From: Akkermansiaceae bacterium
GTDB lineage: Bacteria > Verrucomicrobiota > Verrucomicrobiia > Verrucomicrobiales > Akkermansiaceae
Length of the DNA stretch: 64,000 nucleotides
Direction: 5' to 3'
NCBI GenBank assembly: GCA_051251915.1
Contig: JBPOGF010000010.1
Span: forward strand, 64,001 to 128,000
The position numbers and the translations under genes were made by a program. Under the pieces are notes generated by a model that saw only the letters and a program-made list of their open reading frames with translations, made no database searches and was not told where the DNA came from. Positions 10,042 to 19,309 of the stretch are shown here, piece after piece. Position 1 is the first letter of the stretch; every line of letters begins with the position of its first letter.

Positions 10042-10070
10042 TGGCTGATTTCTCCTGCACACGGATAAGT
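10042..10070 (+). promoter_or_regulatory. Putative ECF promoter, copy 4, for the divergent sulfatase
   Basis: TGGCTGA-TTTCTCCTGCACAC-GGATAAGT with the same 14-nt spacer. Confidence 0.55.
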
Positions 10071-10177
10071 GGGAAAAACCAGAAGTTCCATAGAATTTTT
10101 ATTGTGGCATTGATAATCATCAAGCATCTTTATTCTTATCTCTACAAGACTGAGCTTCTTGGAACAAAAATATAACT

Positions 10178-11593
10178 ATGAAAAATAACCTATCTACTAA
10201 TATTCGGCGCTTGATCTTATTGGCGATGGTAAGCCTCAGTAGTCATGCAGGTGCGGCAGAAAAGCCTAATGTGTTGTTCATTGCGGTGGATGATTTGAAT
10301 GACTGGACTGGCTACGCTGGTAACAAACAGGCGATCACACCTAACATGGACAAGCTAGCGAGCCAGAGTGTGTGGTTTTCTAAAGCATATTGCCAGTATC
10401 CGGTGTGTGGTCCATCACGAGCGAGCTTGATGAGTGGCTTGTATTTTCACCAACTTAATTCGCCTAAACTGCAACCGAATGACGACTTTGTAGAGAAAAC
10501 AGTGCAAGACATGGGGTCAAAACTTCTCCACGGATATTTTAAGCAGCACGGTTATAAAACGATGGCTGTGGGGAAACTTCTTCATAAACATCTACCTGAC
10601 GAAAACGTAGATATGTCCGGTGGTCGTGGTGGCTGGGATTTTCTTAAGGACAAAAAAACCGGGAAGAAGATCAAGCTTCAGTTTGATTCCCAAAAGACAC
10701 TTACTGACTGGGGTCCATGGAAAAAACCTGAAGAGAAAATGAGTGATAGTGAGGCGGCAGCTTGGGCTGTAGAGCGACTCGGCGAAAAGCATGATGAACC
10801 TTTCATGCTCATGGTGGGCTTTCTGCGTCCGCATGCACCTTGGTATGTGCCGCAGAAGTATTTCGACATGTATGATAAGGATAAGCTCGAGTTGCCGGCC
10901 TATAAAAAAGATGATCTTGATGACGTGCCAGCGGCCGCACGTGAGACGATCAATGACGGCTACCCTAGAACTGAATGGGCGATCGAAACCGGTCAGTGGA
11001 AGAATATCATCCAGGGCTACTTAGCCAGCATTACTTTTGTGGATAGTAAGATAGGGCAGGTGCTCGATGCTTTGGACAATAGCGACTACAAGGATAATAC
11101 TATCATCATTCTCTGGTCTGATCATGGCTATCACATGGGGGAGAAGAATACTTTCCAGAAACACACACTCTGGGAACGCTCCGGCAGAGCTCCTCTGATG
11201 ATCCATTTGCCAGATAGTATGAACGGTAAGAAATACAAAGGGGAATGCGAGAAAGTAGTAGGTCTGATCGACATTTATCCTACGCTTGTAGATCTTTGTA
11301 ATTTGCCTGCTAACGATAAGGTAGTAGGACGTAGCTTGAAGCCGCTGATTGTGAATCCAAAAGCTAAGTGGGATTTCCCAACACTCACATATCGTAAAGA
11401 TGGCGGGAAGGCTGTTCGTTTCCATCAGTATCGATACATCGAGTATGGAGATGGTTCACAAGAGCTATATGACCACAATAAGGATCCTAATGAATGGAAA
11501 AACCTCGCGACATATATCGAGTATAAATCAGTCCTTGAGGGGATGAAAGAACTGCTGACTAAAAATCACATTGCTCCTACGGAAAAGCCATAG
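10178..11593 (+). CDS. Secreted sulfatase, iduronate-2-sulfatase/choline-sulfatase-like
   Basis: PNVLFIAVDDLNDW, CGPSR, GKLLH, RPHAP, SDHGYHMGEK. Confidence 0.92.
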   Translation: MKNNLSTNIRRLILLAMVSLSSHAGAAEKPNVLFIAVDDLNDWTGYAGNKQAITPNMDKLASQSVWFSKAYCQYPVCGPSRASLMSGLYFHQLNSPKLQPNDDFVEKTVQDMGSKLLHGYFKQHGYKTMAVGKLLHKHLPDENVDMSGGRGGWDFLKDKKTGKKIKLQFDSQKTLTDWGPWKKPEEKMSDSEAAAWAVERLGEKHDEPFMLMVGFLRPHAPWYVPQKYFDMYDKDKLELPAYKKDDLDDVPAAARETINDGYPRTEWAIETGQWKNIIQGYLASITFVDSKIGQVLDALDNSDYKDNTIIILWSDHGYHMGEKNTFQKHTLWERSGRAPLMIHLPDSMNGKKYKGECEKVVGLIDIYPTLVDLCNLPANDKVVGRSLKPLIVNPKAKWDFPTLTYRKDGGKAVRFHQYRYIEYGDGSQELYDHNKDPNEWKNLATYIEYKSVLEGMKELLTKNHIAPTEKP

Positions 11594-11678
11594 TGCTATG
11601 CCTCATTGGTATATTGCTCTGTGGATATCCGTGTCAGTTTGACGCATAGATAGTTTGCAAGCTGAATGAAAATGGGGG

Positions 11679-13796
11679 ATGATTGCTTCCTTAGCAGATA
11701 TTGTGCTACGGAAGATCAAGATTGGATATCAGAGCGTGAGATTACAAACTTCAAACATAGTTACTGTGTGTGGGCTGATCCTGAAGGGAGGAATCAGGGG
11801 TTTAGTGATGGTGTTTGGCTTGTTTGTTATTTTGGCAGAGGGCAGGGCAGATGATGGTTTTGAGAGTTTTTCTACCCAAGAGCTGAAAACCAAAAAGGAA
11901 GAAATCACTCAGCGATTGAATGGGCTGCCCATTGCGACCCTGAACAATGGTGTTGCTCCCAGTGGCTATCGATCCTCTCCACTGCAGAGAAAAGCCAACG
12001 CGGAGTGGGCAGAGATCAATTTCAGGAAACCCACTAAGGTAGATCTTGTAGTCATTGTTCCCATTATTTGGATGGATCGTGACGGCAAGTATCAAGCTGA
12101 TGGATTTCCGAAGGCATTCAAAGTGACTGCTCGAGATGCACGGACGGGAGAACTTCATGTGATCGCAGACTACTCAGACACTAGCCAGCTCTTGCCACGT
12201 TACTCACCACTGACTATTCCATTGGAGTCTTCGATTGAGATAAGCGATCTACGGATTGATGCCTTGAAGCCTTCCCGGAGAGCAGTCAATGGTGACTCTA
12301 TTTTCCAACTGGCCGAGTTCATGGCCTTTCATAAAGATGAACTGGTGACGCTCAATCAGCCTGTTTCGGTCAGTAGTGAGGCTGGTAAGAGAATGGGTTG
12401 GGATAAGAAATACCTTGTGGATGGCATCACGCCCTATGTGATGAATGCCGCTCAGGGGAAGTCTAGTCGGCCTTTCATCAGTAGGCTATGGGAAAAAGAA
12501 TCTGAGCCACTCAAGAAGGCTATTATTGATTTTCACTTGCCGGAAGCAAAGCAGATTGATGGCATTCGGATTTACGCGGTAGAACAACGTGACACTGTGC
12601 CTTCCTCAAACCCTGGTGACTTTGGAATGCCTTCTAAGATTACATTATTGGGTGCGAGTGATCAATCCTTTGCTCAGCCGATAGAGCTGATGATTTACCA
12701 GAGACAAAACGAGCATGAAACAGGCCCTGTGCTACAGCGGCATTTCTCGACCGAGAAAGTTAGCTCGATTCGATTGATCGCTGATGACCTTTATCGGCAT
12801 ACCAGAGGGGAAACTAGAGTTCCGACAATCAGTTTTTCGGAAGTCGAGATCCTCTCGGAAGGTAAAAACATCCTCCACGAGGCAGAAATCAAGACTTCTC
12901 TTCGAGGTTCCGATCCAGCGGTTACTCCGCGGAACTTGATCGATGGTCGGAATCTATACGGTAACATTTTGCCTGAACGACAATGGCTAGAAGGGCTGTC
13001 ACTGAGACATGATTTGGTAAAGGAACTGGCTTCACTTAATCTGATACTAACCAAGCGTTACGATACACAAGCTAAGCATTTAAAATTATTCGGTATCCTC
13101 TTAGTTCTGATTTGCTTTGCTTTTCTAATCATCTTCTTTTGGCAAAAATTTCACCTACTGAAACAAGAGACCGCGATTCGGCAGCGAATCGCTTCCAATC
13201 TACACGATGAACTAGGCGCGAATCTTCATGCGATAAGCCACCTAGGGGAACTGATACCAGAAGTAGTCAACGAACCGGAACAGCTAGATGATCTCATCAC
13301 CCGGCTCAGAAGGCTCACACTGAAGACTGGCAACGCGGCTCGTGATTGCTCCCATATGCTGGTAAATGCGGATATGTTTGGCGATGTGGTTCAAGAAATG
13401 GAGCGTTTGAACAGCCAGCTTCTGGGGGATTTTGAAGTTCACTTCCACTGCCCCAATCCAGCTTTGATCAACCAACTCTCGCGGAAAAAACGGCTGGATC
13501 TCCTCCTCTACTACAAAGAATGTCTCGCCAATATACTACGTCATTCTCAAGCCACCTCTGTTCACGTTTGCTTGGAAGGAATACGTAGGAATGTGCGTAT
13601 CAAGGTCACCTTGGATGTGGAAGACAACGGCACAGGTTTAAACGGAGACATCCCCTCTTCGTTGACGCGTCGTGCTCGCTACCTCAAAGGCGTATTAAAC
13701 AGCATGTCACCTCTCCAAGGCGCTGGTAGCTTGATTCGGCTGACCTTCTCGCAATTCTCACTTTTCCCGAAATCATCTAAGCCCACTTCTCTATGA
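11679..13796 (+). CDS. Sensor histidine kinase 1 (HisKA_3/NarX type) with a large extracytoplasmic discoidin/galactose-binding-like region; true start may be near 11808
   Basis: TM before RQRIASNLHDELGANLHAI (H box); KECLANILRHS (N box); DNGTG (G1). Confidence 0.88.
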   Translation: MIASLADIVLRKIKIGYQSVRLQTSNIVTVCGLILKGGIRGLVMVFGLFVILAEGRADDGFESFSTQELKTKKEEITQRLNGLPIATLNNGVAPSGYRSSPLQRKANAEWAEINFRKPTKVDLVVIVPIIWMDRDGKYQADGFPKAFKVTARDARTGELHVIADYSDTSQLLPRYSPLTIPLESSIEISDLRIDALKPSRRAVNGDSIFQLAEFMAFHKDELVTLNQPVSVSSEAGKRMGWDKKYLVDGITPYVMNAAQGKSSRPFISRLWEKESEPLKKAIIDFHLPEAKQIDGIRIYAVEQRDTVPSSNPGDFGMPSKITLLGASDQSFAQPIELMIYQRQNEHETGPVLQRHFSTEKVSSIRLIADDLYRHTRGETRVPTISFSEVEILSEGKNILHEAEIKTSLRGSDPAVTPRNLIDGRNLYGNILPERQWLEGLSLRHDLVKELASLNLILTKRYDTQAKHLKLFGILLVLICFAFLIIFFWQKFHLLKQETAIRQRIASNLHDELGANLHAISHLGELIPEVVNEPEQLDDLITRLRRLTLKTGNAARDCSHMLVNADMFGDVVQEMERLNSQLLGDFEVHFHCPNPALINQLSRKKRLDLLLYYKECLANILRHSQATSVHVCLEGIRRNVRIKVTLDVEDNGTGLNGDIPSSLTRRARYLKGVLNSMSPLQGAGSLIRLTFSQFSLFPKSSKPTSL

Positions 13797-14440
13797 AAAA
13801 AGCTCTCAGTATCAGCATTATAGAAGATAACGACTCTTATCGAGACGTCATCCGCATCGCCGTTGATCTCGACCCCGAGCTGCGGATCCACTCCGAGTTC
13901 AGCTCAGCCGAGGTCGCGCTGGCCACGCTAGCCAATCCAGCCGCGCGTCCTGACATCATCCTTCTGGATATCAATCTTCCTTTGATGAGTGGACTCGAGG
14001 CGCTACCACTTTTGTTAGAGCATTGCCCTGAGAGCAAAGTGCTCATCCTCAGTCAGTCCAATGCGGAAGAAGACATCTTGCGCGCTATTTCCTATGGTGC
14101 TTCTGGCTATCTTTTCAAATCTACTGGGATCAAAGACCTCCGTTTGGCGATTAAAAACGTGGATCAGGATCTTCGCGAACTGGACCCTTCCGTGGCCAGG
14201 CATCTGTTAGGCTTGATCCATAAAGTGGATGCACGTGATGAAGTGAGCCCCATTAGCCCTAGGGAATTAGACGTGCTCAAACTGCTTGCTGAGGGGCTAC
14301 AGAAAAAAGAAATCGCCGACCAGCTAAATATCGCCTACTCCACAGTTGATACTCATGTTCGGCTTATTTTTGAAAAGTTGAATGCTAGGAATGCTCCCTC
14401 GGCCGTGTCAATCGCTTACCGCTTAGGTATTTTGCGTTAA
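13793..14440 (+). CDS. NarL/LuxR-family response regulator 1
   Basis: Receiver (IIED, LLDINLP, GYLFK) plus LuxR HTH (SPRELDVLKLLAEG..KKEIADQL). Confidence 0.95.
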   Translation: MKKALSISIIEDNDSYRDVIRIAVDLDPELRIHSEFSSAEVALATLANPAARPDIILLDINLPLMSGLEALPLLLEHCPESKVLILSQSNAEEDILRAISYGASGYLFKSTGIKDLRLAIKNVDQDLRELDPSVARHLLGLIHKVDARDEVSPISPRELDVLKLLAEGLQKKEIADQLNIAYSTVDTHVRLIFEKLNARNAPSAVSIAYRLGILR

Positions 14441-14460
14441 GGAGGGGGGTGAGAATTTTT

Positions 14461-14504
14461 TCACGTAGATACGGGATAGACGGTAACCGTATGCCAGTTA
14501 TTCT
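14461..14504 (+). promoter_or_regulatory. 7-2-7 inverted-repeat operator abutting a sigma70-type promoter of PEP-CTERM gene 2
   Basis: TCACGTA-GA-TACGGGA, then TAGACG-N16-TATTCT. Confidence 0.6.
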
Positions 14505-14563
14505 TTTAGTGTGTAAGATATAATCTAACACTTTAAAATTAATTAACTACGACGTAAAAAAAC

Positions 14564-15175
14564 ATGAAAATTAAAAACATACTAATGGCATCCATCTTTA
14601 CTGGAATGACTTATGTCTCCGCTACTGCGGCATCCCTTATCGTTAATGGTGGCTTTGAAAGTGGCACTGTCAACAGCACACCTACAAGCTGGACTTCAGG
14701 ATTTACTGGAGGCGCCGCCGATCCGTTTGTTCGCGCGGGAACCAATCAAGGCGTAGCTCAGACTGAAGGCAGCAACCATCTTCAGCTTCGAGGCAATACT
14801 ACAGGAGGAGCCTTCCTTGGTCAGTCATTTTTAACCGTTGCCTCGCAACAATACGACCTGGACTTCTCGCTTGCGTCGACAGCAAGCTTTAGTGATTTAA
14901 GTGTTCTAGTGACGGTAACCAGCGACGGAGGGACTTCCGGAGATTTGTATAGTGAGACATTTACTTTCTCTGGCACAACCTATACGGACTACAATAAGTC
15001 GTTTACTGCCTCCAACACGAGCGCGACACTACGTTTTGAAGAAACTTCTACCGATACAAACTCAAAGGATCCGTTTCTAGACGCAGTGAGTGTGACACCC
15101 GTTCCTGAACCCTCCTCCAGCGCCTTGCTCGGACTTGGCGTGCTGAGTCTGCTTGTCCGCAGACACCGCGCTTAG
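14564..15175 (+). CDS. PEP-CTERM surface protein 2 with carbohydrate-binding-like domain
   Basis: Signal peptide; LIVNGGFE...LDAVSV beta-sandwich pattern (CBM4/9 or DUF642-like); VPEPSSSALLGLGVLSLLVRRHRA. Confidence 0.93.
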   Translation: MKIKNILMASIFTGMTYVSATAASLIVNGGFESGTVNSTPTSWTSGFTGGAADPFVRAGTNQGVAQTEGSNHLQLRGNTTGGAFLGQSFLTVASQQYDLDFSLASTASFSDLSVLVTVTSDGGTSGDLYSETFTFSGTTYTDYNKSFTASNTSATLRFEETSTDTNSKDPFLDAVSVTPVPEPSSSALLGLGVLSLLVRRHRA

Positions 15176-15191
15176 TCAACCACAACTACTC

Positions 15192-16787
15192 ATGAGAACC
15201 AAACTACCACTCACTTCGCTTGCAGCTCTGTTTGCATTCACCACACTCGTCCATGCTGACGAAACGAAGCCCACACTGAAAACACAGCCTGCGAAGCCTT
15301 ATGATGGCTCATGGGAATCATTGCAAAAAATGCCGGTGCCAGGCTGGTTTGATGATGGCAAAATCGGTATTTTCATTCACTGGGGACCTTATAGCACGAT
15401 CGGTTATCGTAAGGGCGGTCGTGGCTATGCGGAACATGTGCCGAAAATGATCTATGAAGATTCTAAGCATTATTTTCCTTATGTTAATAAACGTTGGGGG
15501 GCGACGCCTCCCGAGTTTGGCTACAAGGATATCATCCCAGAATTCAAAGCAGAAAAGTGGGATCCTGAAGCTTGGGCGAAGTTGTTCAATGATGTCGGGT
15601 TCAAGTATGTCGTCATGACTGCTGAGCACCACGATGGTTGGGCGAACTGGGATTCAGATCTGACCCCTTGGAACGCAATGGACAAGGGACCTAAACGCGA
15701 CTTGGTGGGTGACTTAGGTAAAGCCTTAAAGAAATATGACCTCAAGTATGCGCCTTCCTATCACCGCGAGCGCCATGCGTCATTCTTTACTACAGCGAAA
15801 TATAAAGTGAACGCGAAAGCACGTGATGTCATCAAGGAGGAGATCAAACGAATGCCGGAAGCGGCTTCGCTTTATGGGCCTTTCGGTATCGATAAAGCAT
15901 TTGTAGATGACTACGTGGCACGCTGGAAAGAAATCCAGGCTAAGTATGAGCCTGACTTTCTCTGGATCGATGATATTCCGATCTGGACACGTGATGGTAA
16001 CAATGTGTTGAAAGGGAAAGCGAAGCCTGAGGTGCAATATTTCTATGACCAATGCCGCCTGATGATCACTGATTTCATGAATGATGGTGCGGCACGTGGA
16101 GCGGAAGTGTATGTCAACAACAAGGGCGCTAACCGCAACTGGCCCGATGGTGTGGGCAACCTTGAAAAGGATAATTTGAAGCTAAAAGTAATCGGTCCCA
16201 AGTGGCAGAGCTGCACAACGTTTGGCTCCTCGTTTGGCTATCTGGAAAATGATACCTACAAGGACATCGATAAGGTGATTCATGAGATGGTGGAAGTGAT
16301 CAGCCGTAATGGAAACTTCCTGGTCAACATCGGCCCCAAGGCGGATGGTACAATTCCTGAGCCGCAGATGGAACGACTTCTAGCGATGAAGGCCTGGTTG
16401 AGTGTGAATGGTGAAGCGATTTATGGTTCTCGATACTGGAAAGAGAGCGAGCAAAAGAAAGAGCATCTCGCATTCACCACTAAAGGTAAAAAGCTCTTCG
16501 CAATCAAACTTCAGAAACCAGAAAAACCATTTGTTATTACTGGCACGGCTGGCTGGAGTGAGGATCAGGTAAAGTCTGTTCGGTTACTTGGCAGTGATGC
16601 TAAGGTAGTTTCTGAAATGACAGCGAAGGGGTTAAAAATCACACCTCCGGAGGATCTCGGTAAAAGTGAGTATGCGTGGTCGTTTGAGATCCTGACGGAT
16701 GCGGAGCAGCATCATTCTAACGTTGTTGAGAAAGATGCTAGTAGGGCGCTGAAAGGCACTAAGAAAGTAGATCTAGATGGTAACTAA
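15192..16787 (+). CDS. Alpha-L-fucosidase, glycoside hydrolase family 29
   Basis: WFDDGKIGIFIHWGPYS, TAEHHDGW, LWID nucleophile region, SRNGNFLVNIGP; ATG at 15192 gives a signal peptide. Confidence 0.92.
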   Translation: MRTKLPLTSLAALFAFTTLVHADETKPTLKTQPAKPYDGSWESLQKMPVPGWFDDGKIGIFIHWGPYSTIGYRKGGRGYAEHVPKMIYEDSKHYFPYVNKRWGATPPEFGYKDIIPEFKAEKWDPEAWAKLFNDVGFKYVVMTAEHHDGWANWDSDLTPWNAMDKGPKRDLVGDLGKALKKYDLKYAPSYHRERHASFFTTAKYKVNAKARDVIKEEIKRMPEAASLYGPFGIDKAFVDDYVARWKEIQAKYEPDFLWIDDIPIWTRDGNNVLKGKAKPEVQYFYDQCRLMITDFMNDGAARGAEVYVNNKGANRNWPDGVGNLEKDNLKLKVIGPKWQSCTTFGSSFGYLENDTYKDIDKVIHEMVEVISRNGNFLVNIGPKADGTIPEPQMERLLAMKAWLSVNGEAIYGSRYWKESEQKKEHLAFTTKGKKLFAIKLQKPEKPFVITGTAGWSEDQVKSVRLLGSDAKVVSEMTAKGLKITPPEDLGKSEYAWSFEILTDAEQHHSNVVEKDASRALKGTKKVDLDGN

Positions 16788-16858
16788 GATGGCGGTGATT
16801 GGCCAGTATAAAAATGAATGCATATTGAAACTAAATTAAGCATCAACTAAGAAAAATT

Positions 16859-18412
16859 ATGAAAATGAAGATAATAAGTAGTGTGATAATGGGATCTTTA
16901 AGTTCCATGACTGTCTCGGCTGAGACATGGACGACAGATAGCCAAGAGGAATGGAATAAGAACCTTACGAAGAAGGATGGACTGGAGATAGCCGATGGTT
17001 TTGCAAGTCCTGCTGCCAAGGAGGCAGTGCTTTCGAGTGTGATCAAGCGCTTTGATAAGAAGAGATCGGCTCAGTCGATTGAGATTGGGCAATCTCCTGT
17101 TTGGTTGAATTGGGAACCAGTGAAAAATATAGGGCCTTCTAACCTCAAAGATGCGCCGGTGTTCCTTCAGATGGGACCAGGGAACTATTGGATGTTTGGG
17201 CGGTATGGAAGAGGAAAAGTTAAGGGATTCGAACCTAAATCAACTAAGCTAGAAGGCTTCGATACCCCTCTGATGACGACTCCTTTCAAAAATCAATTTA
17301 ATGCACCAGGTGGTCTCGAAAAAAGTCAAGGTGGGTATCATGCTTGGCAGAGTAGGGATATGGTTAACTGGGTGCATCATGGTGCAGTCACCGATAGTAA
17401 GGGCAAGTGGATGACTACTGCTGAGTATGTGGACGGCAAGGCTTACTTTTACTATGATTTCCCTAACGATCAAGACCCACATCTTGTGATCGATGATGAT
17501 CTGACTGATGGTAAGTTAGGCAAGGATATGGGGATGGCATTTAAAGATCCATCGGGTGGATCCGACTGTGCGTTTATTCGTGATTTGGATGGTAATTTCC
17601 ATGTGATTGCTGAGGATTGGAGCCCGATTGATGCGAGTAAGCATGCGTGGGATTCTCCGTTAGCGACTCATGCTGTTAGTCCTGATGGGATTAGAGATTT
17701 TAAAATTCTCCCTCCACCAGTAGATGAGCGCACTAAGCCGACTGGAAAATTTGCGGAATTTCTTCATCCACATTGGCATAAGGAAGACCCTGAGAATTAC
17801 CCGGGGAAAGTTTACGAGGGCGATAAGCCATACCACGGTATAAAACCTGGGAAGAAAGCTGCATTCTCACGCTATGAAATTCATGAACCTGCGCAGAATG
17901 CGTTTGGTGACTGGGCTTCTATTGCGATCGGTGGGCAGTATTATTTGTTTGGTGACTTTGATCCCGCAACGGCTCACGGCGACAAAAAAGCGATGAGTGT
18001 GGCTTGGTTCACCTCTTCTAGCATCGACAAGCAGTTTAGTTTTTGTGGAAACCTTGGAAGCGGTCACCCTGACCCTGATGTGGTATTTGCTGAGGGTAAG
18101 TTTTACTTAGCGACCCAAATGAAAACTGATTATGTTAGTTCTGGGCCATGGGTAGAGAGTGTGGAAGTCCGTGTTGGAGTTGATACTGATAACGATGGAG
18201 CGATTGATCAGTGGAGCGAGTGGCAGCAGGTGAGGGAGAGTTATGATTATATTTCAGGCTTTGCTAAGCAAGTGGCTAGAACTCCTGCGAAGTTGGATCT
18301 CTCTAAGTTACCGGAAGGTTATGGTTTTCAGTTCGAAATGAAGCTTACTGATACTACGGAGAATGCGTCTAAACCTCTGCTTGATAAAGTGTCGGTCACT
18401 TTTGGAGAATAA
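16859..18412 (+). CDS. Secreted hypothetical protein, probable five-bladed beta-propeller glycosidase (GH43/GH117-like)
   Basis: Signal peptide; DAP, WQSRDMVNW, SDCAFIRD and HPDPD motifs resemble propeller glycosidases. Family not assignable by eye. Confidence 0.55.
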   Translation: MKMKIISSVIMGSLSSMTVSAETWTTDSQEEWNKNLTKKDGLEIADGFASPAAKEAVLSSVIKRFDKKRSAQSIEIGQSPVWLNWEPVKNIGPSNLKDAPVFLQMGPGNYWMFGRYGRGKVKGFEPKSTKLEGFDTPLMTTPFKNQFNAPGGLEKSQGGYHAWQSRDMVNWVHHGAVTDSKGKWMTTAEYVDGKAYFYYDFPNDQDPHLVIDDDLTDGKLGKDMGMAFKDPSGGSDCAFIRDLDGNFHVIAEDWSPIDASKHAWDSPLATHAVSPDGIRDFKILPPPVDERTKPTGKFAEFLHPHWHKEDPENYPGKVYEGDKPYHGIKPGKKAAFSRYEIHEPAQNAFGDWASIAIGGQYYLFGDFDPATAHGDKKAMSVAWFTSSSIDKQFSFCGNLGSGHPDPDVVFAEGKFYLATQMKTDYVSSGPWVESVEVRVGVDTDNDGAIDQWSEWQQVRESYDYISGFAKQVARTPAKLDLSKLPEGYGFQFEMKLTDTTENASKPLLDKVSVTFGE

Positions 18413-18522
18413 GATCTAGAAGCAGATTTAGATAGCTACATCAAATTTTGATGTAGACGAAATGAAGCCTATACCCAATGTTTATTGTGGTATAGGTTTC
18501 ATTATTGTTTAACTTGACCATC

Positions 18523-19299
18523 ATGAAGAAAATTCTATTTACATTGTTGTTCGCGCTTTTTCAGTCGACTATTGGGTTGGCTGATGAGGCAGAGACGGTT
18601 CCGTCTATTGAGACTGAGCAGGATGAGTTTTATACTCCGGAAAAAGATAAGAAAAATATCAAGGCTAAGAGTACGCGTGTGGAAGGTCTGCCGAATGTGT
18701 TGATCATTGGGGATTCTATTTCAATTGGCTATACCAAGCCGGTGATTGCAGAACTGAAAGGGTTGGCGAATGTTTCTAGAATTCGGGAGAATGGTGGTGA
18801 TACGGATAGGGGCTTGACGAAGATTGATAAGTGGTTGGGTCAGAAAAAGTGGGATGTGATTCATTTCAACTGGGGGCTGTGGGATCTGTGCTATCGTCAT
18901 CCGGAATCTAAGAATCAAGGGAATAGAGATAAGGTAAGAGGGATGGTTACTAATTCGCCTGAAGAGTATGGGGAGAAGCTAGAGAAGCTTGTGGTTAGAC
19001 TGGAGAAAACCGGGGCTAAGTTGATCTGGGCGTCGACAACGTTTGTGCCTGAGGATGAATTGGGTCGGATAGTAGGGGATGATGCTAAATACAATGCGGT
19101 AGCAGAGAAAATCATGGAAAGGCATGGCGTGATGATTAACGATCTTCATGCGTTGTCTTTGATGATCAAGGATCATACTGTGGGGAAAGGTAATGTTCAT
19201 TTTACAAAGGCGGGAAGCCAGAAGCTGGGTGAGAAAGTAGCAGAGGTCATTAAAAAGCAAATTCCTCAACCGAAAGTGATAGAGTACGATCTTAAATAG
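18523..19299 (+). CDS. Secreted SGNH/GDSL hydrolase (putative carbohydrate deacetylase)
   Basis: IGDSISIGY, HFNWGLWD, NVHF; signal peptide from ATG 18523. Confidence 0.88.
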   Translation: MKKILFTLLFALFQSTIGLADEAETVPSIETEQDEFYTPEKDKKNIKAKSTRVEGLPNVLIIGDSISIGYTKPVIAELKGLANVSRIRENGGDTDRGLTKIDKWLGQKKWDVIHFNWGLWDLCYRHPESKNQGNRDKVRGMVTNSPEEYGEKLEKLVVRLEKTGAKLIWASTTFVPEDELGRIVGDDAKYNAVAEKIMERHGVMINDLHALSLMIKDHTVGKGNVHFTKAGSQKLGEKVAEVIKKQIPQPKVIEYDLK

Positions 19300-19309
19300 A
19301 GGAAATAAA

